Origin: Haliotis rubra | Lineage: Eukaryota | Assembly (NCBI RefSeq): GCF_003918875.1 | Contig: NW_025767301.1 | Coordinates: forward strand, 2,976,001 to 3,040,000 | Direction: 5' to 3' | Length of the DNA stretch: 64,000 nt | Shown: positions 1 through 12,400 of the stretch, one piece after another | Layout of the letters: each line of letters opens with the position of its first letter | How positions within the stretch are numbered: position 1 is the first letter of the stretch | Notes under the pieces: model-generated | The model's database searches: none | The model's input: only the letters and a program-made list of their open reading frames with translations | Told to the model about the DNA's origin: nothing | Made by a program: the position numbers and the translations under genes

Positions 1-965
1 GACATTTCCTCAATGGAACCTGGGTTAGAGCAGGTTCCCCAGCATTCAATTGCTGGTCATTGAAAGCAACCAAAATGCATTGTGTGGCAGGGTTTTGATG
101 CTGATTGCATGCTCTTGTGCTCCAGTGTGATGGACAACTGTTTTCAGTCACTGTCTTGCCTGGTCCTAACAAAGAACACTCTGGAATATTGTGTGGAAGT
201 TAGTGGTGTTCCAATTAATTGAAATAATTGAAGATCAGTCACAGTGACCAAATGACCAAACAATCGATCACATTTTCTCATAAACGAACACAAACCATTT
301 TGGAAGTACTGGTTTTAAACATTTGACGATGGAACATATCTTAAAAGTTGTCAGGGTCTGAAAACGTTTTTAATTCTTCGAAAACTCACTTCACTTACAG
401 AAAAGTCATGACTTAATATTTCTTGAAGATTCCAGGATTTTGATTCCAATTTCGTTTGATGATTGTTGGTAATGTTATCAATTGTGACATTTCAACCAAT
501 TCCCAACTACTGGAAGTACACAACATTCATTAATTTGTATTTGAAACTATGTGGCCTATTGCATGTGAGAGAGGTGGTTTTGTTTCAGTAACATTGCCCC
601 ATCATCGAAAATAATTGGTTAGCCTCATATATAAAATTTTCCTGTTATGTTTGTTCATGCTGCAGAAAAAACACAAAAACATGTAGTTTTTTGGGTTTGT
701 TTAAATTTCAAATCTTTAAAGGATGACTAGTATGTTAGGAACATACATTTCCTGTGGCCTTAAATTCAAGCATGAACGAGTTCGTAGTGCTCATGAAATG
801 TAAATTTAATGACACAGACAAACAAGTGTTTCAAAATTGTTTGTGTTCGATTGTGAGAAAACGTGATCAATTGCTTGGTCGTTTAGTCACTGCGACCAGT
901 CTTCGATTATTTCAATTAATCGGACCACCATTACCGTGAGTACAATTAGATATCTGTTTCACCAG

Positions 966-1160
966 GAACGTCTCAAGCTGGAGGAGAAGATGAGGAAGCA
1001 GGAGATGGAGATCGACTACCTGGCTCCCTTCCTGGCCCAGATCGGTGACCCCGACAAGATATCTCGCACCCAGGCCTACAAGCTGAAGGAGGACTGTCTG
1101 GCTGACCTCAAGCAGAGGCTCATTGACAAGGCCAACCTCATACAGGCCAGGTTTGAGAAG
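966..1160 (+). CDS. DRC7: Dynein regulatory complex subunit 7 (CCDC135), third-from-last coding exon
   Basis: Acceptor tgtttcaccag| and donor |gtaagg, 195 nt, phase 0. Encodes ERLKLEEKMRKQEMEIDYLAPFLAQIGDPDK...LKEDCLADLKQRLIDKANLIQARFEK, matching the conserved DRC7 C-terminus (DYLAPFL...KQRLI.KANLIQARFEK). Confidence 0.95.
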
Positions 1161-1797
1161 GTAAGGGGGACAGTGTGCTGACCTGTTTGTCTTCACAGCT
1201 ACAATGTGATAGATTTTCAGTTTGAGCATTGGACAAGCTGTAGGTGGATGTAATACCCTCTCTCACCATAAAACACCCAGTATCATCTTTGGAACCTGAC
1301 ACTGTAGGTCATTGTTGAAGGGGTATTTGTATCAGTTGGAAGAGAGGAACAGTGGTTAAAACGTGAGGTGACAATTTCAACAGACTTCAGTCACAATTTC
1401 AGTGTATTCTCTCTCACTCATTTCCTAGGTCATTGCTTAAACTGTATTTTGATTTGTTTTTGTGAGAATGGGACAATGTCCCAAAATATTGATGTGACAA
1501 ATACCTTGTCAGGAAAGTGTCTTGATGCCTGAATGATACCAGGTGGATGAGCATGTCCTTCATTCTTATTATTTTCTCCACTGTTTTGCCTTTTTATTCC
1601 CAGTGGAATCTGTTTGGGCAGATAATTGAGACTGAATTTAATGGTAGTATCGATCATGTTTGAAGGTGGCGGACATGATAATATTTGTCAAGGAAAGTTA
1701 GAAACAACTAATAAATTTGTGGATGGTCACGCTTAGTTAGCCCAAGATGTGCTACAGAGAGCTGGTTATAACATTGTTGACTTCTCTTTCACTGTAG

Positions 1798-1937
1798 GAG
1801 ACCCAGGAACTGCAGAAGAAGCAGGGTTGGTACCAGCAGAACCAGGTGTCCATGCAGAAGGATGACGAGGAAGAGTACCTCAACTACTGCAGCGAGGCCA
1901 TGTTCCGCATCCACATCCTCGAACTCCGTCTCAACAG
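1798..1937 (+). CDS. DRC7: DRC7 penultimate coding exon
   Basis: Acceptor ctctttcactgtag| and donor |gtgagg. Encodes ETQELQKKQGWYQQNQVSMQKDDEEEYLNYCSEAMFRIHILELRLN(R), in frame with the previous exon, ending in phase 2. Not in the ORF track. Confidence 0.95.
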
Positions 1938-2099
1938 GTGAGGAGGGATGATTAAATCACACGTTGTCATAAACAACCAACAACTGGTTCTGTTACCATG
2001 CTAACTGTGGTCAATGTGAATATTAACATATCTTCATGTTATTCAGTGACATTAGATAAGCTTTTTCATATTTTGTACAAGGTTGTATTCATATTTCAG

Positions 2100-2181
2100 A
2101 CACAAGGAAATGGCTCCACACAAGTACATGGCTCTGGAACAGAAGCTGCGGAGTGACAACCGTCTGACCGAGTACTTCTAG
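2100..2181 (+). CDS. DRC7: DRC7 terminal coding exon
   Basis: Acceptor atatttcag|. Completes AG+A (Arg), then HKEMAPHKYMALEQKLRSDNRLTEYF, with stop TAG at 2179-2181. Matches the known RHKE.AP.KY.ALE.KL..D.RL ending. Confidence 0.95.
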
Positions 2182-2662
2182 ACGGACATTGTACAGACAA
2201 GCACAAGCCCATCTTTGTTATATTCCGTCCATGTTTTAGATTCATTTGTGATACATACCACTCAAAATGTGTTAGGAACCCCCCGATTCTTTCCTATCAC
2301 ACAATTTAGTCTGTCATGGTATGAAAGATTAGCTACTGTAATGTGAAAAAATCATATGTTCTTTAATTGTTTTGAGTGGTATATTTTGTCATGGCATATT
2401 GTTTCATCCCAGTAATGTCTGTGATAGCTTCATAAACTGTTGGGGAACATTCAGTGTGGGTTATTTAAGTTTGGCTTCACACAAATGCCTAATATGAATA
2501 CTACATCTGAGATTGTATAAACTTTTGAACATAAGGTCAGAAGAATTTTCCCAAACTGAATTAAACATTTTACTATATATTTGTATTATGTGAGTTTAGA
2601 TCGGATGAATTATATCAAAATTAAAACAAATACAGATACTGAATGCAGACTTGAGGCAGATG

Positions 2663-2890
2663 AATAAAATGGAGCAATGTTTTGACTCCTGTTGATTACC
2701 CTTTACAGAAGTTCTGCAAACTTTCTCAAATGTTAGCATGAACTGTATCTTGAAGGAAATCAACTGGAGGTGAAGTGATGATGTTGCTCAGTGTTAAGTA
2801 AATTAGCATTATGACCTCCCCACGATTGTATTGTACAGTAACATATAGTTGTATATATGTCAGAGGGTTGAATGGAATTGTATGAATAAA
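2663..2890 (+). terminator. Candidate DRC7 polyadenylation signals (AATAAA at 2663-2668 and 2885-2890)
   Basis: Two canonical hexamers ~480 and ~700 nt after the stop codon. The distal one is followed by T-rich sequence and then a SINE. Confidence 0.55.
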
Positions 2891-2992
2891 ATCTGTATTT
2901 ATGAAAGCGTTTCAAGACTGCTCTTTTATATTAAGGCAACGGAAGATCTCTCATGAAGTCTCAGAAGATTGGGATAGTTCATATTTGTTTAG

Positions 2993-3168
2993 GACCGCCT
3001 CCGTGGTGTAGTTGTTAGAGCGTCCGCGCGGAGAGCCGAAGGCGGGTTCGATCCCGCCACGTCATACCAAAAGAGGTTAAGACATGGTACTTGTTGGTCC
3101 TTGCCTGGCGCTCGGATTTAATGGGTACAACAAGGACTGGTCGGCTCAGAGTCAGTATAATGTGTCTG
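2993..3168 (+). mobile_element. tRNA-derived SINE family A (Meta/MESC-domain-like), 3'-truncated
   Basis: A box (gtggtgtagttgtt), B box (ggttcgatccc) and central gtcataccaaaaga...ggtacttg...gcctggcgctcgg. Closely similar to the copy at 33367. Confidence 0.85.
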
Positions 3169-5051
3169 CATTAAACAACATACTAACAGTAATTCATATT
3201 TGGGAAGATACCTTTTCCAGTTGTAAATATATAACGATTTGGATAGATTGGGGGAGTTTATTAGAAATTTATCAAAGATGTCATCACTTGACATATGACT
3301 ATTTTACATATTTCCGAAATAACATCAATCCTGGAACATAACAAACCACTTGTAAAAGATGAGAAGATGTACACCCTTGTTTCATCTGGATCAATATCAT
3401 CAATACGTTTCAAATATATTTATGCGTATGTGTGGGAGTACGGGCGTCCTGATATGCCCGAAGCATGTATTGAATCAAAAAAACGAAAATGTGATTTTAT
3501 TGTCCATAAATAAAAAAATGTGGGCACAGTTTCATGCTACCAGATTCAGAGCAATTATCACGAATACCTGATTGAGATAAGAAATGTCGCCATGGAAGAA
3601 ATGGAATTTAAGTGTCTGTAACTGACATTGCGAAAAATGGTGCGTAATTTAGTTGGGAAATAACTAAAGAAATAGTATCTGTCAAATATATACAGTTTGA
3701 CAATGTCAAACATGTCATTATTGAAAGACGGGGGTGGTGGTGGTTGATTTGGGGACCAGTGGGAACCTCACTAACAACTGTGGGTATCCAGGAATAGTTA
3801 CCTGGGTCCTGTTCCCCTTTGCCAGCTTAGCGTAAAGACTTTCAAAATTCAATACTGAGACACAGGTTCACAATAATCTTACATTCGAGCCCATTCGGCT
3901 TGTTCCGTTACCCATGTAACACCTCGGGAAGTAATGTTTCAGTGACACTACTTCAGTTCACCGTCAATGGCATCCCAAACAAACTGCGTTTATTCCGTGC
4001 AAAGTGGACGGTAGTTTTATTAAAGTCTATTTGCTGTTCAGAGAAATAAGGTACAGCTTGACCTGCTACAAAAGATGTGTAATGTCATATTCACGTGAAC
4101 TAGTGAAACTATATTCTTGTACCAATATGGATCATCCAAATGCTGACCGAGATTAACTACATGGGGTAAGTTGAGCCGATAGTCAGAACTACGATTGCTA
4201 ACTTCAGCTTCATCCCAAATATCAAATCAACCATGTCACGTATGATACTGATTCACAAGTCTTCAGTTATCATACATCAACTGAAATACGAATTACATTG
4301 AAAACTCATTTTGTCATCACGCATTCTGCGTTGAGTTACTTACAATGCCCATCATTGAGCCTCTTACTTGACCCGACGTTGAGCAAATGAGGCAATCTAA
4401 CGACAGAGGGTGTACAGTTAAATGTCAAAAGGATGAAGTAAGAAACTGCGCACATATAAGTCTTCTTGTCCTTGAAATGGACATTGTATGTTTGTGTTTG
4501 TAGGTAATCTGAACTAGACAATCAAGTGATCGATATTGTGAGCACCGATTCATGCCGTCGGACTATACTGACACGCAAATAAATACAAGACACCAACGTT
4601 AACCAATTGGTAGACACTGACTACCAACATAGGTCGGTGCGGATCCTTCCAATAATCCCCAGTGGGGATGTCTTCTAATGTCTTCTTTTAGAACCAAGCA
4701 ATAGATGCCCTTTAGAGGAAGTCATCGATACACAAATGATGCATGACCTAATGACAAAGGATTCCGTTTCTGCACACGCCACCAGCTAACTACCAGTTAA
4801 GTCTGATTTATTGAAAATACAGACGCTAAAACATAGCATGGTAATGGCAGTCTGGTTTTGGCATCAACAAGTGCTTGTATGATGTTGCAATTGCCACATC
4901 AAGAGGAGTGAGTGAGTTGGCTTATTCACATACCTTGCACCAGTCCTCGTAATCTTTTAAAAACCTCGCCGCGAATACCTGCATCATTGCTGATGCTAAG
5001 CAATGTTCACTCACTCACTTTTAAAACTGATTCATGAAAATGCTATAATTT

Positions 5052-5552
5052 AGTGAGTGAGTATGGTTTTACGCAGCTTTTAGCAGTATTCAAGCAGTAT
5101 TACGCAGTGTGCGAAATAGTTTCCTAATTTTGCTAGCCAGTCGGGCTAGTTATGCTTGAAAGTTACAAGCCCACAAAATAATTCACTAGCCCACAATTTG
5201 GGTGTAGAAACTAAGCAAAAGATTACAAAAAGTAAAATACCATCATTTATCAAGCCATAATCATACATGATTTCAAAGTGTATTATAACTTAACAAGTCG
5301 GAGAGAGTGATATTTTAAAAAATAACCCCATGAAAATTCACTAGCTACTCGGGCCAGTGACTGTGGAGATTTACTGGCCCGACTGGATTTTTACTAGCCA
5401 CGGGCTTGTGGGCCAGTGGCTAGTTCGCACACTGATATTACGGCGGGGGACACCAGAAATGGTCTTCACATATTGTACCAACGTGAATATTCGAACCCGG
5501 GTCTTCGGTGTGACGAACGAACGCTCTAACCACAAGGCTACCCCACCGCCCC
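5052..5552 (-). mobile_element. Short tRNA(Asp-like)-derived SINE family C, split by a MITE insertion
   Basis: Tail half at 5052-5104 and head half at 5435-5552 together match the intact copies at 58949 and 63341. Confidence 0.9.
5105..5434. mobile_element. hAT-type MITE, 330 bp
   Basis: 15-bp TIRs cagtgtgcgaaatag / ctagttcgcacactg (1 mismatch), 8-bp TSD gtattacg / atattacg, and subterminal ctagcc/ggctag repeats. Confidence 0.9.
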
Positions 5553-6400
5553 ATAATTACAAGATGGTGATTTTTATTTTATCATCTTGCATGTTTATGA
5601 TATAAGACTGGGGTTTAGAACAAAGGTACCTAGAAATCAAAGGGCAGTCTAGTACTGTTATCTTCCCCCAATTCCTTTCAGCCCTACCCCAGCAACATGC
5701 AACATCGCGTGCGCGTTCCACCCATCAATAGTTTACAAAGATACGCAGCACAACTATCAATGGAGTCTAAATAAAAAGTGATGTGATCAAAGCCAGTATA
5801 GCCATATCGTAGTAATGTTTAAGTGGGCGAACTAGGACCGCCAGTCCTCGTAACACAATCATACAAACAGAAGCACTAACAGCATTAACAGACGCGATAA
5901 TATGCATCTCAATTGTGCATGGAATAAATGGTAGATCGAAATCGATTGTTTAATTCTCTATGGTTAAAACATCAATATGTGCTACGTGCACCACCCCGCT
6001 GGATGTACTGGTTGACGCAGTAAACGAAGTGCTGTTACTGATGCCGCCCCTGATGCCGACTTCCAATGTTCATATTGTAAGAGCAATTTTCACGTCCAAA
6101 TGCTTTTAGTGAGATGTATCTGGTTCAAACTAATTGCACCATGAACCTTGTTAGTAATAACCATGTGTCACAACAAGAGAGTTGTCATTTCGCAGTGTCT
6201 GGGTCAACATAACTCACACACAGGCGCTAATAACGCAGCACCTACAGGGTTGCAGGTGATTTCAGTTTCGGGTCACAACCGTGTTTTATTGTGATGTGAT
6301 GCATTTATATCGCAGGGCAAGTTTCAGTTTGTAAACGAATTCCTGTTTATCAAGCCAAGGAAATGGTGTTAAGTAATGAGAGTGTCAAGCTCTCAGATCA

Positions 6401-9400
6401 GGGTCTGCACTGAATCACAGGAGTTGTTGTTGTGTGCTGGGCCCGCACTGAATCAAGGGAGTTGTTGTTGTGTGCTGGGCCCCCACTGAATCAAGGGAGT
6501 TGTTGTTGTGTGCTGGGCCCGCACTGAATCACAGGAGTTGTTGTTGTGTGCGGGCCCCCACTGAATCAAGGGAGTTGTTATGTGCTGGGCCCGCACTGAA
6601 TCACAGGAGTTGTTGTTGTGTGAAAGGCCCCCACTGAATCAAAAGAGTTGTTGTTGTGTGATAGGCCCGCACTGAATCACAGGAGTTGTTGTGTGATAGG
6701 CCCGCACTGAATCACAGGAGTTGTTGTTGTGTGCTGGGCCCCCACTGAATCAAAAGAGTTGTTGTTGTGTGATAGGCCCCCACTGAATTACATCAGTTGT
6801 TGTTGTGTGATAGGCCCGCACTGAATCAAGGGAGTTGTTGTGTGATAGGCCCGCACTAAATCAAGGGAGTTGTTGTTGTGTGCTGGGCCCGCACTGAATC
6901 ACAGGAGTTGTTGTGTGCTGGGCCGCACTGAATTACATCAGTTGTTGTTGTGTGATAAGCCCCCACTGAATCAAGGGAGTTGTTGTGTGATAGGCCCGCA
7001 CTAAATCAAGGGAGTTGTTGTTGTGTGCTGGGCCCGCACTGAATCACAGGAGTTGTTGTGTGGTAGGCCCGCACTGAATACATCAGTTGTTGTTGTGTGA
7101 TAGGCCCGCACTGAATCAAGGGAGTTGTTGTTGTGTGCTGGGCCCGCACTGAATCAAAGGGAGTTGTTGTTGTGTGCTGGGCCCGCACTGAATCACAGGA
7201 GTTGTTGTTGTGTGCTGGGCCCCACTGAATCACAGGAAGTTGTTGTTGTGTGCTGGGCCCGCACTGAATCACAGGAGTTGTTGTTGTGTGATAGGCCCGC
7301 ACTGAATCACAGGAGTTGTTGTTGTGTGCTGGGCCCGCACTGAATCACAGGAGTTGTTGTTGTGTGCTAGGCCCCCACTGAATCAAGGGAGTTGTTGTTG
7401 TGTGCTGGGCCCGCACTGAATCACAGGAGTTGTTGTTGTTTGCTGGGCCCCCACTGAATCACAGGAATTGTTGTGTTGATGGCCCGCACTGAATCACAGG
7501 GAGTTGTTGTTGTGTGCTGGGCCCGCACTGAATCAAGGGAGTTGTTATTTGTGTGCTGGGCCCCACACTGAATTGTTGTTGTGTGCTGGGCCCCCACTGA
7601 ATCACAGGAGTTGTTGTTGTGTGCTGGGCCCCCACTGAATCAAGGGAGTTGTTGTTGTGTGCTGGGCCCGCACTGAATCACAGGAGTTGTTGTTGTGTGC
7701 TGGGCCCCACTGAATCACAGGAGTTGTTGTTGTGTGCTGGGCCCCCACTGAATCAAGGGAGTTGTTGTTGTGTGCTGGGCCCCCACTGAATCACAGGAGT
7801 TGTTGTTGTGTGCTGGGCCCCCACTGAATCAAGGGAGTTGTTGTTGTGTGCTGGGCCCCCACTGAATCACAGGAGTTGTTGTTGTGTGCTGGGCCCGCAC
7901 TGAATCACAGGAGTTGTTGTTGTGTGCTGGGCCCCCACTGAATCACAGGAGCTGTTGTTGTGTGCTGGGCCCCCACTGAATCAAGGGAGATGTGTTGTGT
8001 GATGGGCCCGCACTGAATCACAGGAGCTGTTGTTGTGTGCTGGGCCCGCACTGAATCACAGGAGTTGTTGTTGTGTGCTGGGCCCGCACTGAATCACAGG
8101 AGTTGTTGTTGTGTGATAGGCCCCACTGAATCACAGGAGCTGTTGTTGTGTGCTGGGCCCGCACTGAATCACAGGAGTTGTTGTGTGCTGGGCTCGCACG
8201 GAATCATAGGAGTTATTGTTGTGTGATAGGCCCGCACTGAATTACATCAGTTGTTGTTGTGTGATAGGCCCCACTGAATCACAGGGCTGTTGTTGTTGTG
8301 TCCTGGGCCCCACTGAATCAAGGAGTTGTTTGTGCTGGGCCCGCACTGAATCACAGGAGTTGTTGTTGTGTGTGGAATCCAAAAGAGATTGTTGTTGTGT
8401 GATAGGCCCGCACTGAATCACAGGAGTTGTTGTGTGATAGGCCCGCACTGAATCACAGGAGTTGTTGTTGTGTGCTGGCCCCCACTGAATCAAAAGAGTT
8501 GTTGTTGTGTGATGGGCCCCCACTGAATCACAGGAGTTGTTGTTGTGTGCTGGGCCCCGCACTGAATCAAGGGAGTTGTTGTGTGTGCTAGGCCCGCACT
8601 GAATCAAAGGGAGTTGTTGTTGTGTGCTGGGCCCGCACTGAATCACAGGAGTTGTTGTTGTATGGGCCCACACTGAATCACAGGAGTTGTTGTTGTGTGC
8701 TGGGCCCCACTGAATCAAGGAGTTGTTGTTGTGTGATAGGCCCCCACTGAATCACAGGAGTTGTTGTTGTGTGCTGGGCCCGCACTGAATCACAGGAGTT
8801 GTTGTGTGATAGGCCCGCACTGAATCACAGGAGTTGTTGTTGTGTGCTGGGCCCGCACTGAATCACAGGAGTTGTTGTGTGTGCTAGGCCCGCACTGAAT
8901 CAAAGGGAGTTGTTGTTGTGTGTTGGGCCCGCACTGAATCACAGGAGTTGTTGTGTGTGCTGGGCCCCCCACTGAATCACAGGAGTTGTTGTTGTGTGCT
9001 GGGCCACCGCACTGAATCACAGGAGTTGTTGTTGTGTGATGGGCCCCACTGAATCACAGGAGTTGTTGTTGTGTGCTGGGCCCGCACTGAATCACAGGAG
9101 TTGTTGTTGTGTGCTGGGCCCCACTGAATCAAGGGAGTTGTTGTTGTGTGCTGGGCCCGCACTGAATCACAGGAGTTGTTGTTGTGTGCTGGGCCCCCAC
9201 TGAATCACAGGAGTTGTTGTTGTGTGCTGGGCCCGCACTGAATCACAGGAGTTGTTGTTGTGTGCTGGGCCCGCACTGAATCAAGGAGTTGTTGTTGTGT
9301 GCTGGGCCTGCACTGAATCACAGGAGTTGTTGTTGTGTGCTGGGCCCGCACTGAATCACAGGAGTTGTTGTTGTGTGCTGGGCCCCACTGAATCAAGGGG

Positions 9401-12400
9401 AGTTGTTGTGTGCTGGGCCCGCACTGAATCACAGGAGTTGTTGTTGTGTGCTGGGCCCGCACTGAATCACAGGAGTTGTTGTTGTGTGCTGGGCCCCCAC
9501 TGAATCAAGGGAGTTGTTGTTGTGTGCTGGGACCCCACTGAATCAAGGGAGTTGTTGTTGTGTGCTGGGCCCCCACTGAATCACAGGAGTTGTTGTTGTG
9601 TGCTGGGCCCCCACTGAATCAAGGGAGTTGTTGTTGTGTGCTGGGCCCGCACTGAATCACAGGAGTTATTGTTGTTGTGTGCTGGGCCCCCACTGAATCA
9701 CAGGAGCTGTTGTTGTGTGCTGGGGCCCCACTGAATCAAAGGGAGTTGTTGTTGTGTGCTGGGCCCGCACTGAATCACAGGAGTTGTTGTTGTGTGCTGG
9801 GCCACCCACTGAATCACAGGGAGTTGTTGTTCTGTGCTGGGCCCGCACTGAATCAAGGGAGTTGTTGTTGTGTGCTAGGCCCCACTGAATCACAGGGGAG
9901 TTGTTGTGTGCTGGGCCCGCACTGAATCACAGGAGTTGTTGTTGTGTGCTGGGCCCCACTGACTTGCTGTGAATCAGGAATCAGGAGTTGTTGTTGTGTG
10001 ATGGGCCCCACCATCAGTTGTTGTTGTGTGATAGGCCCCCACTGAATCACAGGAGTTGTTGTTGTGTGCTGGGCCCGCACTGAATCACAGGAGTTGTTGT
10101 TGTGTGCTGGGCCCCACTGAATCAAAGGGAGTTGTTGTTGTGTGCTGGGCCCGCACTGGAATCAAGGGAGTTGTTGTTGTGTGCTGGGCCCCCACTGAAT
10201 CACAGGAGTTGTTGTTGTGTGCTGGGCCCGCACTGAATCAAGGAGTTGTTGTTGTGTGCTGGGCCCGCACTGAATCACAGGGAGTTGTTGTTGTGTGCTG
10301 GGCCCCACTGAATCACAGGAGTTGTTGTTGTGTGCTGGGCCCCACTGAATCACAGGGAGTTGTTGTGTGTGCTGGGCCCCACTGAATCAAGGGAGTTGTT
10401 GTTGTGTGCTGGGCCCCCACTGAATCACAGGAGTTGTTGTTGTGTGCTGGGCCCCCACTGAATCACAGGAGTTGTTGTTGTGTGCTGGGCCCGCACTGAA
10501 TCACAGGAGTTGTTGTTGTGTGCTGGGCCTGTAACTGAATCACAGGAGTTGTTGTTGTGTGCTGGGCCCACACTGAATCACAGGAGCTGTTGTTGTTGTG
10601 TGCTGGGCCCCACTGAATCACAGGAGTTGTTGTTGTGTGCTGGGCCCGCACTGAATCACAGGGAGTTGTTGTTATGTGATAGGCCCCACTGAATCACAGG
10701 AGCTGTTGTTGTGTGCTGGGCCCGCACTGAATCACAGGAGTTGTTGTTGTGCTGGGCCCGCACTGAATCAAAGGAGTTGTTGTTGTGTGCTGGGCCCCAC
10801 TGAATCACAGGAGTTGTTGTTGTGTGCTGGGCCCCCACTGAATCACAGGAGTTGTTGTTGTGTGCTGGGCCCCACTGAATCACAGGAGTTGTTGTTGTGT
10901 GCTGGGCCCCACTGAATCACAGGAGTTGTTGTTGTGTGCTGGGCCCCACTGAATCACAGGAGTTGTTGTGTGCTGGGCCCGCACTGAATCACAGGAGTTG
11001 TTGTTGTGTGCTGGGCCCCCACTGAATCAAAGGAGTTGTTGTTGTGTGCTGGGCCCCCACTGAATCAAGGGAGTTGTTGTTGTGTGCTGGGCCCGCACTG
11101 AATCACAGGAGTTGTTGTTGTGTGCTGGGCCCGCACTGAATCACAGGAGCTGTTGTTGTGTGCTGGGCCCGCACTGAATCAAGGGAGTTGTTGTTGTGTG
11201 CTGGGCCCCACTGAATCACAGGAGTTGTTGTTGTGTGCTAGGCCCCCACTGAATCAAGGGAGTTGTTGTTGTGTGCTGGGCCCGCACTGAATCACAGGAG
11301 TTGTTGTTGTGTGCTGGGCCCGCACTGAATCACAGGAGTTGTTGTTGTGTGCTGGGCCCGCACTGAATCAAAGGGAGTTGTTGTTGTGTGCTGGGCCCCA
11401 CTGAATCACAGGAGTTGTTGTTGTGTGCTGGGCCCCACTGAATCACAGGAGTTGTTGTTGTGTGCTGGGCCCCCACTGAATCACAGGAGTTGTTGTTGTG
11501 TGCTGGGCCCCCACTCGAATCACAGGGAGTTGTTGTTGTGTGCTGGGCCCGCACTGAATCACAGGAGTTGTTGTTGTGTGCTGGGCCCCCACTGGAATCA
11601 AGGGAGTTGTTGTTGTGTGCTGGGGCCCCCACTGAATCACAGGAGTTGTTGTTGTGTGCTGGGCCCGCACTGAATCAAGGGAGTTGTTGTTGTGTGCTGG
11701 CCCCCACTGAATCACAGGAGTTGTTGTTGTGTGCTGGGCCCCCACTGAAATCACAGGAGTTGTTGTTGTGTGCTGGGCCCCGCACTGAATCACAGGAGTT
11801 GTAGGCCCCGTTGCTGTGCTGGGCCCCCACACTGAATCACAGGAGTTGTTGTTGTGTGCTGGGCCCGCACTGAATCACAGGAGTTGTTGTTGTGTGCTGG
11901 GGCCCGCACTGAATCGTACTAGGGAGCTGTTGTTGTGTGCTGGGCCCGCACTGAATCACAGGAGTTGTTGTTGTGTTGGGTGCACTGAATCACAGGAGGA
12001 GTTGTTGTTGTGCTGGGCCCGCACTGAATCACAGGAGTTGTTGTTGTGTGCTGGGCCCCCACTGAATCACAGGAGTTGTTGTTGTGCCAGGCCCGCACTG
12101 AATCAAGGGAGTTGTTGTTGTGTGCTGGGCCCCCACTGAATCAACAGGAGTTGTTGTTGTGTGCTGGGCCCCCACTGAATCACAGGAGTTGTTGTTGTGT
12201 GCTGGGCCCCACTGAATTACAGGAGTTGTTGTTGTGTGCTGGGCCCGCACTGAATCACAGGAGTTGTTGTTGTGTGCTGGGCCCCCACTGAATCACAGGA
12301 GTTGTTGTGTGCTGGGCCCGCACTGAATTCAAAGGTTGTTGTTGTGTGCTGGGCCCGCACCGAATCAAGGAGTTGTTGTTGTGTGCTGGGCCCCACTGAA

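Noticed and set aside
936-1181. 81-aa ORF as a standalone gene
   Set aside because: It is a DRC7 exon with intronic read-through on both sides.
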